42,348 nt of DNA, from contig CAZUOK010000001.1 in the NCBI GenBank assembly GCA_964622145.1, positions 1 through 42,348 of the forward strand. The letters run 5' to 3'. Position 1 is the stretch's first letter. Each line of letters opens with the position of its first letter. The notes below the pieces were generated by a model, which saw only the letters and a list, made by a program, of their open reading frames with translations, was not told the origin of the DNA and did no database searches. This document shows positions 34,725-42,348 of the stretch, in pieces. The translations under genes and the position numbers were made by a program. The DNA comes from Candidatus Woesearchaeota archaeon. GTDB lineage: Archaea > Nanobdellota > Nanobdellia > CAYMVK01 > CAYYFB01.

Positions 34725-35707
34725 ACCTTGGGAGGATAGCAATTGAAATTTCCCTTCCACTTAGAAGCCTCTCCACACTTCTCATACTAATAACATTTAC
34801 CATCCTTTCTTATCTTTTCATGACAAAGGTTAGGAGGAGGAGGGTCCTAAAGTTTGCGAACGTATACACCTTGAGAACCATCCACGGATTCAAATCCATA
34901 AGTCCAAGCCCTCTAATACTGATATCAAAAATCCTTGTTGTATCCCTCCTTTTCCTTGTAGCGACAGAGTCCATAAGGATAATGACAAGAAGTCCAATAT
35001 CCGATACGGATATCTGCTTCGCAATAGATACCTCCCCAACCATGCTCCTTCCAGATTACAAACCAAATAGAATAGAATTCGTCAAGAGCATTATATTAAA
35101 GTGGTTGGACGAAATCCCCCCAGGAGTTCAGATATGCATAGTAAAGTTCTCCAACAAACCTTACCCTGTAACCACTCTGACAAATGATAGGATAAAGATA
35201 GAGAGGAGTGTGAGTGAGATAACCGTTGACCTTAACTCCAGCGGTACCGCTATAGGAGATGCCATCTTTGAGGCAACATCAATACTTTCAACCTCAAAAA
35301 AGAAGAGGTATTTGATACTTATAACAGACGGTAAGAACAACATCGGGAGGAACCTCTCGGAGGCGGTTAGGGTTGCAAAGGAAGAAAACGTTAATGTTTA
35401 CGTCGTTGGGATAGGACCAACAAACGAGACAATAAGGATGTTCAATGAGCTAAAAGAGATTGCTGAAAGGATGAATATAAGCTTTACATTCCCTGAAGTT
35501 GATGAGGAAGGGCTTAGAAAGGTTTCGGAAGAGACGGGGGGAGAATTCTTTTATGTTGTTGATGAGAACAAGTTTAAGGAAGCTATGAACAAGATCATTG
35601 TCAGAGAAAGCATGGTCTCTTTAAACACAGACTATTACATCCTTTTGTTCATTTCCGCACTTCTAGGTCTGGAATTGATACTTTTCTCTGTGCTTGGGGC
35701 TGTATAA
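34715..35707 (+). CDS. vWA-domain membrane protein (BatA-like)
   Basis: N-terminal TM followed by RRRRVLKFANVYTL (BatA-like N-terminus). MIDAS-type D-x-S-x-T (FAIDTSPTM), SGTAIGDAI and LITDGKNN motifs are present, with a C-terminal TM (YYILLFISALLGLELILFSVLGAV). Overlaps the DUF58 gene by 10 nt. Confidence 0.88.
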   Translation: MEVNLGRIAIEISLPLRSLSTLLILITFTILSYLFMTKVRRRRVLKFANVYTLRTIHGFKSISPSPLILISKILVVSLLFLVATESIRIMTRSPISDTDICFAIDTSPTMLLPDYKPNRIEFVKSIILKWLDEIPPGVQICIVKFSNKPYPVTTLTNDRIKIERSVSEITVDLNSSGTAIGDAIFEATSILSTSKKKRYLILITDGKNNIGRNLSEAVRVAKEENVNVYVVGIGPTNETIRMFNELKEIAERMNISFTFPEVDEEGLRKVSEETGGEFFYVVDENKFKEAMNKIIVRESMVSLNTDYYILLFISALLGLELILFSVLGAV

Positions 35708-35728
35708 TCTTTGGATGGTAACAAAAGA

Positions 35729-35736
35729 TTTATATA
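35729..35736 (+). promoter_or_regulatory. TATA box (TTTATATA) for the S2 gene
   Basis: Centred about 27-28 nt upstream of the ATG at 35760. Identical octamer and spacing as upstream of S1. Confidence 0.5.
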
Positions 35737-35759
35737 AAGGTAGTTGCTTCTGGAATGAC

Positions 35760-36449
35760 ATGATTAAGAAACTGCTTGTACTCTTTGCAGTGTTGCTGTT
35801 ACCAATGGCATTCTCGGTACCAGCAAACGCAACAGTATCTGCAGGTACATCAGAGAGATACCCAGAAGCAACAACTCCAGGAACTGTCACAGCGCAAGCT
35901 GGAAATGTAACACAAGTAAACGTGTCCAGTGTACAAGTAACAGGAAAATGGGTAGGTTTCTGGGGAGAGGTAAGTGGACAAATAGTGCTCGGAGATTCTA
36001 GTGGGAACATATTCTATCAATGGACAATATCCGATCCTACAGGGGCTGTTGTGTATGTGTGTAATGACACAGTTTCGGACTGGTCAACCCTACAGCCCCT
36101 GTATGCAAACAGCAGTGTTCTTCCGGACTTCCTGATAACAGGAACAGATTCCTTCAACAACACATTCAAATATCAAGAAACATTCACAAGTCCTAGCATG
36201 ACGATAAACAACGTAAATTACACACTTACATGGCAGAATGGTGCTGAAGGTTCAGACTTCAAGACATATGCATTGTACGCAAATGAAAGCGCAACAACTG
36301 GTAAGATAATACTTGTCTGGGCAGGCCTTGTAAACGCAAACAAGCCATCATTCAAGGGAGGGACTATAACAGCTGATTACCAGGTATTGGCTGGAGTAAA
36401 CACAGAGGGAGGACAACAAACATTCTACTTCTACCTAGAGCTACCGTGA
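35760..36449 (+). CDS. Small secreted protein S2 (S-module family; paralog of 1324..2040)
   Basis: 229 aa from ATG 35760. The track ORF starts at 35694, but that extension covers the TATA box and lacks signal-peptide character. Signal peptide is MIKKLLVLFAVLLLPMAFSVPANA. Collinear with S1 (see that feature). Confidence 0.85.
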   Translation: MIKKLLVLFAVLLLPMAFSVPANATVSAGTSERYPEATTPGTVTAQAGNVTQVNVSSVQVTGKWVGFWGEVSGQIVLGDSSGNIFYQWTISDPTGAVVYVCNDTVSDWSTLQPLYANSSVLPDFLITGTDSFNNTFKYQETFTSPSMTINNVNYTLTWQNGAEGSDFKTYALYANESATTGKIILVWAGLVNANKPSFKGGTITADYQVLAGVNTEGGQQTFYFYLELP

Positions 36450-36797
36450 TTTCTTTTTGATTTCTTGTAATCTTTTTATTAATTGGGAATGGTTCAAAAG
36501 ACCTCCAGAAAAGCTCTTAGGTATATGTAGGAGTTCATGCAGTATTACCTTCTCCTTCTCATTATCAGAAAGTCTGTAAAACTTCTCAGATATCACTTCC
36601 ACAATATACCTTGGCTTCTCCTTCAAGCAGAATTGCCAGATTCTTGGAAGCCCATAACACCTGGCAATTGCCCTGCTCTTGCTTCCAAAACTCCTAATAA
36701 AGTGTACTCTGTTTAGATCTATCCAATTCAAACCGTATTTTCTTACAACCTTTTCCGCTATTTGCCTTACATCCTCCGCCTCCTCAAATCTGAGCAT
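36441..36797 (-). CDS. Putative zinc metallopeptidase (HExxH; archaeal predicted-metallopeptidase/SprT-like type)
   Basis: 118 aa with a VILHELLHIP HExxH motif near the C-terminus, preceded by a RAIARCYGLPRIWQ block typical of small archaeal predicted metallopeptidases. Overlaps the convergent S2 3' end by 9 nt. Confidence 0.7.
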   Translation of the reverse strand: MLRFEEAEDVRQIAEKVVRKYGLNWIDLNRVHFIRSFGSKSRAIARCYGLPRIWQFCLKEKPRYIVEVISEKFYRLSDNEKEKVILHELLHIPKSFSGGLLNHSQLIKRLQEIKKKSR

Positions 36798-36847
36798 GTA
36801 TTTTATTAGAAGAAACTTTTTTATTACGATTTTCCCTAGGTCTCACA

Positions 36848-37429
36848 GTGGAGTTTGAGGAGAGGAAGAGGAGGTTCTTGGAGAGGTTGAAGGAATGTAT
36901 TGAAAAAGGGGAGGTTGATGAGGATATTATTGAGGTCCTTGAGATGCTAAACTCCTTGGAGAACTACTTCACAACCTCCTCTTGCTCAGGTAGGATAATT
37001 CTGATAAGGCCCGGAAAGAAGAAAATAGATACCGAAATACTGTTTAAAAGTCATAGAAAGGTTTCTTTTGAAGAAATAAAAGGAATTCTTGAAAATCTTT
37101 CAGAGAAATATGATGAAATTTGGTTGAAGGTTGAGCCGGTAATCCTTCACGTTGATTGTAGAGACCTCGAGTCCGCGAGGAAGATGTTGGATGTTGCGAG
37201 GGAAAGCGGGTGGAAGAGGAGTGGGCTGATGGTAATAAGACCAAAAAGATATCTCCTTGAACTCGAGTCAACAGAGAGGCTTGAAACAATAGTCTCAAAG
37301 GATGGAAGGATATTACCAGACGAGGAATACCTTAGGATACTTATAGAAAAGGCAAATGAAAGGCTTGAGAGGACAAAGGAAAAACTTGAAAGGTTTAGAA
37401 GGAGAATTTCTCACAAATTTTATAAGTGA
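36848..37429 (+). CDS. taw3: tRNA wyosine-derivative methyltransferase Taw3 (TYW3 family)
   Basis: 193 codons with a GTG start. Characteristic TYW3 N-terminal block DEDIIEVLEMLNSLENYFTTSSCSGRI and later ILHVDCRDLESA...GWKRSG. Confidence 0.85.
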   Translation: MEFEERKRRFLERLKECIEKGEVDEDIIEVLEMLNSLENYFTTSSCSGRIILIRPGKKKIDTEILFKSHRKVSFEEIKGILENLSEKYDEIWLKVEPVILHVDCRDLESARKMLDVARESGWKRSGLMVIRPKRYLLELESTERLETIVSKDGRILPDEEYLRILIEKANERLERTKEKLERFRRRISHKFYK

Positions 37430-37448
37430 GTCTGATAAAGAGAAAATC

Positions 37449-37895
37449 ATGGCTGGGGACATACAAAAGAATATCCTTGAAATGTCAAAGTTGATAGATG
37501 TCCTTTACAAGGTTTGTTACACATCTTGTGTAAAGGGGGACTACGAGCTCTCAAAATTTGCAAGGATGATGTACAGAAAGCTTCAGGAGATGGAAGTAAA
37601 GACCCTAAAAATGGTGTTCAGAATAAAGGTGAACGATTCTGAGAGGATGGTACTTCTTGGGATAATAGATGGAATAATGGACATAGCAAACACCTCCCTG
37701 TCCCTGTTACAATTCTTGGACTACAAGAAGGAATTTCTAAAAGACTTCAAGGGGCTTGTTGATTTGAAGGAGGGAAAATCCTTTGTTGGAAAGAAGAGGA
37801 GTGAAGTTGGGGGGATAGCTATTATTAGGAAGGGAAAGATAATCTTTTCTGACACGGTGATAAAACCAGACGACAAGGTGTTGATCCAGACATGA
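37449..37895 (+). CDS. Regulatory protein with PhoU-like helical N-domain and TrkA-C (RCK C-terminal)-like domain
   Basis: 148 aa from ATG 37449. The longer track ORF would overlap taw3. The C-terminal VGKKRSEVGGIAIIRKGKIIFSDTVIKPDDKVLI resembles TrkA-C. It directly precedes and overlaps (ATGA) the transporter genes. Confidence 0.6.
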   Translation: MAGDIQKNILEMSKLIDVLYKVCYTSCVKGDYELSKFARMMYRKLQEMEVKTLKMVFRIKVNDSERMVLLGIIDGIMDIANTSLSLLQFLDYKKEFLKDFKGLVDLKEGKSFVGKKRSEVGGIAIIRKGKIIFSDTVIKPDDKVLIQT

Positions 37896-38380
37896 AGGAC
37901 ATCATCCTCTCGGAGTCTTTGTCAATAATAACAGGAGTCCTTGCGGGGGCTGTTTTGGTATCCGTTAGAAATGAAATACTCAGATATCCATCGATATTAA
38001 TAGCCCTTCCAGGTCTGCTCCAAATGAGGGGAAGTGTTGGTGGGATACTTGCATCCAAGATGGGGACAGAGCTTCACTTGGGGACAATGAACAAGAAAAA
38101 ACTCTTTAGAATGATAGCCTCAAACATACTATCAAGTTTCATTGCATCTCTAGTAGTTTCCAGTATAACAATCCCATTTAGCAATGATTTGAAGCCATTC
38201 TTTGTTGTTTTTCTTGCAGGCTTCTTATCTTCCATTGTAGAGATACCTTTGATTGTGATACCCGAGGAAAAGCTGTTCAAGAAGGGGATAGATCCTGACA
38301 GCGTTATGGGGCCCTACTTAACATCGATAGACGATCTTATAACAACAAGCTTGCTGGGTGTGTTGTTATGGGTGTTTTGA
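37892..38380 (+). CDS. MgtE-like divalent-cation transporter membrane domain protein (half 1)
   Basis: 162 aa and polytopic. LPGLLQMRGSVGGILASKMGT and GIDPDSVMGPYLTSIDDLITT match the MgtE membrane-domain motif G-x-DP-x-x-x-x-P-x-x-T-x-x-D. Confidence 0.75.
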   Translation: MKDIILSESLSIITGVLAGAVLVSVRNEILRYPSILIALPGLLQMRGSVGGILASKMGTELHLGTMNKKKLFRMIASNILSSFIASLVVSSITIPFSNDLKPFFVVFLAGFLSSIVEIPLIVIPEEKLFKKGIDPDSVMGPYLTSIDDLITTSLLGVLLWVF

Positions 38381-38880
38381 GGGATGTGAAGGAGGCGGTT
38401 CCGATAATACTCCTCTCCACCCTACTCAGTTCCTTTGGAGGATTGTTCTTGGAGCCAAGGATAGAGAAGCTTGTGAGGATTTACCCTCTCCTACTTATAA
38501 TACCTCCCCTAAACGACATGATGGGGGATTTTGGGATGATACTATCCTCAAAAATCACAACCTCCTTGTTCTTAGGGAGGAAGGATTTTAGGAAGATATT
38601 CTTCGATATTCTTGGAGCTTGTTTCTTTTCGGGTCTTTTGCTGATCATCCTCTCAGGGATATGGGAATTTGGGATTTCGTTAACAATAAAGCTTTGGATT
38701 TCAGTCCTCCTTTCATCCCTCATAGGAGTGGTTTCTGTTGGGGTATTTTGCCTAAAAGTTGGGATGGTATCGATGGAGAAAGGAATAAATCCGGACAACA
38801 TCCTTCCCCCCCTCGCAACCGGCTTGGCAGACCTCCTGAGTATGCTTTTATATTCCCTCTTCATTCTACTCCTTATATGA
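38368..38880 (+). CDS. MgtE-like divalent-cation transporter membrane domain protein (half 2)
   Basis: 170 aa and polytopic. IPPLNDMMGDFGMILSSKITT and GINPDNILPPLATGLADLLSM are paralogous to the preceding gene. Overlaps it by 13 nt. Confidence 0.75.
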   Translation: MGVLRDVKEAVPIILLSTLLSSFGGLFLEPRIEKLVRIYPLLLIIPPLNDMMGDFGMILSSKITTSLFLGRKDFRKIFFDILGACFFSGLLLIILSGIWEFGISLTIKLWISVLLSSLIGVVSVGVFCLKVGMVSMEKGINPDNILPPLATGLADLLSMLLYSLFILLLI

Positions 38881-39452
38881 AGGTGTTGGCAATAGTAGGA
38901 GAATTTAGAGAGGAGATCTTGAAGGGTGAAAAGACAATAACAATAAGGCTTCCTAGGAAGAAGTTTAGGGTTGGTGAGACGGTTAGGATAGACTGTGGTG
39001 ACAAGATACTGGGGAAGGCTGTGATAAGGAAGATTTATAGAAAAAAGATAAAGGAGCTTACTGAGGAAGAGATAAGGAAGGATGGGCTGAAAAGCAGGAA
39101 TGAACTTATAAAGAAATTGAGAAAACTTTATGGAAAGAAGATCGGTCCGGACACAGAGGTTGAGGTAATAGAGTTTGAGTTAAAGGAGATTCTTGAGGAG
39201 GATTTCTATTCATTTCACTACGGAGATCTCAACATCACTGAGATAGCAAGGAAGGGCCTTGAGATGGAGGGACTTAGTGAGGAGGAGAAGGAGATACTTA
39301 GGGATCTTATAAAAGAGAAGAGTATAAGGAAAGTTGCCCTAAAGAGGTTTGGAAGTCTTAATAAAAGGTGGATAATAAGGAAGATTTTGAGGAAGGTTGT
39401 GAAGAGGTTGGGTAGGGATGAAGGCGGTGATATTAGCGGGAGGGATAAGTAG
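38877..39452 (+). CDS. ASCH-domain protein with basic C-terminal extension
   Basis: 191 aa from ATG 38877, which overlaps the upstream TGA. ILKGEKTITIRLPRKKFRVGETVRI...GKAVIRKIYRKKIKELTEEEIRKDGL...VEVIEFEL fits the ASCH beta-barrel pattern. The longer track ORF (38619) lies inside the transporter gene. Confidence 0.75.
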   Translation: MKVLAIVGEFREEILKGEKTITIRLPRKKFRVGETVRIDCGDKILGKAVIRKIYRKKIKELTEEEIRKDGLKSRNELIKKLRKLYGKKIGPDTEVEVIEFELKEILEEDFYSFHYGDLNITEIARKGLEMEGLSEEEKEILRDLIKEKSIRKVALKRFGSLNKRWIIRKILRKVVKRLGRDEGGDISGRDK

Positions 39453-40491
39453 GAGATTTCTCATAGGGGACAAGCCCAGCACAAGATTCCTCGGGAAAAA
39501 TCTTGTTGAGTACCATGCGGAGATCCTTGAAAAATATGTAGATGAAATTGCTGTTGTCTGCAATCCAAGGAATTGCAAGTACTTCGAAAGATTTAAGAGG
39601 TATTTGCAAGAAGAACCTAGGGGGATCCTCGATGCAGTCCTTAGGGCAAAGGAATTCTTAGACTCCCCATTCATCCTTGTGAATTCAAACGACATTGTTT
39701 CTGAGGAAGCCTACAAGATCCTTTTCAAAAGGATAGAGGAAAACCCAGAAGTTGGGTATGTATTGGGATATAAAGTGAAGAAGTACTTCCCAGGGGGTTA
39801 CTTAGTGCTGGATGGAGATAGAATAAGAGAAATAATTGAAAAGCCTGGAGAAGGTAGGGAACCAAGCGATCTTGTAAACATCCTTATCCATTATCATCCA
39901 GATCCTAAGATATTTGAAAAGAATAAGCTTGAATACGAAGAATTTTTGACAAAGATTTTAAAAGAGCATGAGTACAGGGTTGTTATGTACGATGGTCCAT
40001 GGTATCCTATAAAGTACCCCTTCCACCTTCTAGACGCAATGGAATTCTTCCTTGGAAGAATGGAGGGGAGAAGTCTTAGAGTGAAGAAAAATCTCCTTGT
40101 TGAGAATTCCGTACTCAAGGAGGGGGTGGTGATCACTTGCGGGAGGATTGTGATAAGGAATAGTTACATTGGGGGGTGTGTAAAGATAGTTGGGGATTGT
40201 GTTATAGAGAATTCCCACATAAATCGGGATTGTAAGATAGTTTCCTCAAGGATTTCAAACTGCTACATCTATGAGGATTGTCGCATCGAACAATCTGAAA
40301 TCGAGTTCTCAGTTATTGGGAGGGGTAGTAAGGTTTCAAGATCAAGATTTCTTGGAAGATCTAGAAAGGAAGTTGTTTTGGAGATCCTTGGGGAGAGAGT
40401 AAAGACAGGAAGAAAAAATTTGGGGGTAATAGTTGGGGAGAATAAGGAAATAAAAGATGCTGAGCTGGGTCCCGGAGAGGTGATTCTGTGA
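39418..40491 (+). CDS. Sugar-phosphate nucleotidyltransferase with C-terminal left-handed beta-helix (hexapeptide) domain
   Basis: MKAVILAGGISRRF is the N-terminal NTP-transferase motif. The C-terminal third has hexapeptide-like repeats (VENSVLKEGVVITCGRIVIRNSYIGGCVKIVGDCVIENSHINRDCKIV...). Confidence 0.8.
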   Translation: MKAVILAGGISRRFLIGDKPSTRFLGKNLVEYHAEILEKYVDEIAVVCNPRNCKYFERFKRYLQEEPRGILDAVLRAKEFLDSPFILVNSNDIVSEEAYKILFKRIEENPEVGYVLGYKVKKYFPGGYLVLDGDRIREIIEKPGEGREPSDLVNILIHYHPDPKIFEKNKLEYEEFLTKILKEHEYRVVMYDGPWYPIKYPFHLLDAMEFFLGRMEGRSLRVKKNLLVENSVLKEGVVITCGRIVIRNSYIGGCVKIVGDCVIENSHINRDCKIVSSRISNCYIYEDCRIEQSEIEFSVIGRGSKVSRSRFLGRSRKEVVLEILGERVKTGRKNLGVIVGENKEIKDAELGPGEVIL

Positions 40492-41072
40492 TAGTTATCT
40501 TTGACCTAGATGGGACAATAGCTGATAGCTTTGAAGCCCACTACCTCAGTTTCAAAGAAGCTTTTGAAGAGATTCTTGGAATATCCCCAAAATGGGAAGA
40601 AATATTTAAACTGTTTGGTTTGGAAGGGAGGGAGATAATAGAGAAGGTCTTGGAGAAGTATGGAATGGGAAGAAATGGAGAGATTGTTGAAAGGATCCTT
40701 AAGAGGAAGAATGAATTAACTAGAAAGTACTTTGGGAAGATAAGATTGAGGGAAGGTGTCCTTGAAATGTTGAAGTACTTAAAGGAAAAAGGCCTGAAGA
40801 TTGCCCTCCTATCAAATTCTTCGAGGGAAGATGTGATGAACATCGTCGACTACCTTGGAATTGGAGAATTCTTTGATGTGATAATCTCGGTTGATGATAT
40901 TAGAAAGGGGAAGCCAGACCCAGAGGGGATAATGAAGATTATGGAGATATTGAAAGATAAAGATGTGGTGTATGTTGGGGATAGGGATGTTGACAGGGAA
41001 ACCGCAGAGAGGGCTGGAGTTCGCTACTTTGGGATAGAGGAATTTTTGAAGAAATATAAGGAAATCATATGA
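40488..41072 (+). CDS. HAD-superfamily hydrolase, subfamily IA (phosphatase/phosphoglycolate-phosphatase-like)
   Basis: Motif I is FDLDGTIADS, motif II LLSNSS, motif III GKPDPEG, and motif IV YVGDRDVD. ATGA overlap with the upstream gene. Confidence 0.85.
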   Translation: MIVIFDLDGTIADSFEAHYLSFKEAFEEILGISPKWEEIFKLFGLEGREIIEKVLEKYGMGRNGEIVERILKRKNELTRKYFGKIRLREGVLEMLKYLKEKGLKIALLSNSSREDVMNIVDYLGIGEFFDVIISVDDIRKGKPDPEGIMKIMEILKDKDVVYVGDRDVDRETAERAGVRYFGIEEFLKKYKEII

Positions 41073-42348
41073 GATTATATCTCTTTAGTTCTTCGTGAAG
41101 CTCCCTCAGGATCTCTTGATAGTAAACCTCTCCCCTCTCTATCTTATCCATTTTTTCTTCCAGTTCCCTCGTCCTTTCCTCAGATATGAGCTCCTTATAA
41201 TTTTTAAACAGGAAGTTACAAACCTTCCTACCCCTTCTGGTTGGAATCAAGAAGTACTTCTGCCTTACATACCTCCTCTTCTTTATCTTTGATATTATGG
41301 TGGCATAGGTTGAAGGTCTCCCTATCTTCTTCTCCCTCATCTCCTGGACCAAAGTACCCTCTGTGTACAAGACTATCTTGGAATCCTTTCTGTATGTCTT
41401 CTCCAAGACATTGTACTCCCCTTCTTTTATCTCCTTCTCCTCTATTACAGGATTAACAAGTAGCCATCCCTTCTCAATTATCCTCTCTGGCACCTCCATC
41501 TCCTTTTTTATCCCAATCTCAGGAATCTCCACAAGGATCTTTGAATACAGTATCTTCGCGGGGGCCATTTGGGATGCTATGAACCTCCTGAATATTAATT
41601 CATAAAGGGCTATGTGATCCCTCCCAACGTTTTGATAGACTTCCTCTGATATCAATTCCAGCAACCTCCTAACATCTATAGGTCTTGTTGGTCTTATGCA
41701 CTCATGTGCACCACCCTTTCCCCAAGGTCTTCCCTTGTAGTACTCTTCCCCAAAGTTCTCCGAGATGTACCTCTTCGCTATCCCCATTCCCTCAGGAGAT
41801 ACCCTTATGGAATCCGTCCTGTGGTAGGTTATCAAACCCATTTCGAAGAGGTCTTGGGCAACCTGCATAGTCTTTGAGGCCCCCCATCTGAGAATTCTTG
41901 ATGCCTCTGATATCATGGACTGCGTCTCGAAGGGGGGGAGTGGATTCTGCTCCTTTTCATACCTTTCCAGGATTTTCACCCTAACCTTCCTTATCTTTTC
42001 CAATACTTTCTGTGCTTCCTCCTCATCTTTGACCTCTGGGAGAGCAAACTCTAGCTCCAGATCTCCAAACTTTACAGTGAAGAAGTAGTGGAGATCCTTT
42101 ATCCTGTTGTCATACCTATCTATTATCCATTTTAAAACTGGTGTTTGGACCCTTCCAGCCGAGAGATTCCTGTTCTTGAACTCCTCCCAAAGCCTTTGAG
42201 AAAGGGTAAATCCAATCCACCTATCCTCAATCCTTCTGACGATTTGGGCTTCGACAAGGTTTAAATCAATATCCCTTGGATTCTCAAGAGCTTTTAATAT
42301 AGCTCTCTCTGTTACCTCATGAAATTCAGCCCTTTTTATGTTTTTGAC
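41065..42348 (-). CDS. rgy: Reverse gyrase, C-terminal (type IA topoisomerase) part; 5' end off-window
   Basis: The frame is open from 42348 down to the stop at 41065 (the track ORF from 42003 is an internal Met). Topo IA motifs: RVQTPVLKWIIDR, GLITYHRTDS (catalytic Tyr region), HECIRPTRP and GRPSTYATII. Reverse gyrase is the usual form of this domain in a hyperthermophile, but the helicase part is not in the window. A stand-alone topo IA cannot be strictly excluded. Confidence 0.8.
   Translation of the reverse strand, partial: VKNIKRAEFHEVTERAILKALENPRDIDLNLVEAQIVRRIEDRWIGFTLSQRLWEEFKNRNLSAGRVQTPVLKWIIDRYDNRIKDLHYFFTVKFGDLELEFALPEVKDEEEAQKVLEKIRKVRVKILERYEKEQNPLPPFETQSMISEASRILRWGASKTMQVAQDLFEMGLITYHRTDSIRVSPEGMGIAKRYISENFGEEYYKGRPWGKGGAHECIRPTRPIDVRRLLELISEEVYQNVGRDHIALYELIFRRFIASQMAPAKILYSKILVEIPEIGIKKEMEVPERIIEKGWLLVNPVIEEKEIKEGEYNVLEKTYRKDSKIVLYTEGTLVQEMREKKIGRPSTYATIISKIKKRRYVRQKYFLIPTRRGRKVCNFLFKNYKELISEERTRELEEKMDKIERGEVYYQEILRELHEELKRYNLI

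Noticed and set aside
35694-35759. N-terminal extension of the S2 ORF (MGLYNLWMVTKDLYKGSCFWND).
   Set aside because: It overlaps the vWA gene 3' end and contains the TTTATATA box. The signal peptide starts at the ATG at 35760, mirroring S1.
36450-36520. A possible att-like copy of the tRNA 3' end (ggttcaaa at ~36493).
   Set aside because: Only an ~8-nt match, which is expected by chance. It lies inside a coding region, and no integrase is nearby.
38619-38876. Long N-terminal extension of the ASCH-domain ORF, and likewise 37356..37448 for the PhoU/TrkA-C-like ORF.
   Set aside because: The extensions lie inside well-supported upstream genes (the MgtE-like half 2 and taw3) in another frame. 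Internal ATGs at 38877 and 37449 give compact operon junctions.

Overview
This looks like a chromosomal segment of a thermophilic or hyperthermophilic archaeon. Evidence: a reverse gyrase fragment at the right edge, a Taw3/TYW3 wyosine enzyme, a GC-rich 73-nt tRNA-Thr without encoded CCA in an AT-rich background, and TTTATATA-like boxes about 27 nt upstream of several ATGs (leaderless-type archaeal promoters). Ordinary housekeeping genes sit at both ends (105-1262 and 36441-42348). The central ~35 kb (1324-36449) is a cell-envelope island. Its core is one uninterrupted 20,982-nt ORF (11785-32766, 6,993 codons) for a giant, sequon-rich, beta-rich surface protein. That protein contains seven DUF2341-like modules, a LamG jelly-roll, three ~350-aa beta-rich modules, Ig-like arrays and a CARDB domain. 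The Ig-like arrays include a 10-unit tandem array with 48-76-nt perfect DNA repeats. Directly downstream, behind its own TATA box, lies a MoxR AAA+ / DUF58 / vWA (BatA-like) cassette. Divergent from the giant gene is a five-ORF minus-strand operon of signal-peptide or TM-anchored surface proteins built from shuffled modules. One of its genes appears split by a frameshift inside a right-handed beta-helix. Two small secreted paralogs in mirror orientation (1324-2040 minus, 35760-36449 plus) bracket the island, and their fold-sized module recurs as the C-terminal domain of the giant protein. A second inverted paralog pair (2186-3829 plus, 10123-11769 minus) is nested inside. I saw no CRISPR array, transposase, integrase or rRNA. 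All family assignments come from motif recognition by eye and need HMM or structure confirmation.
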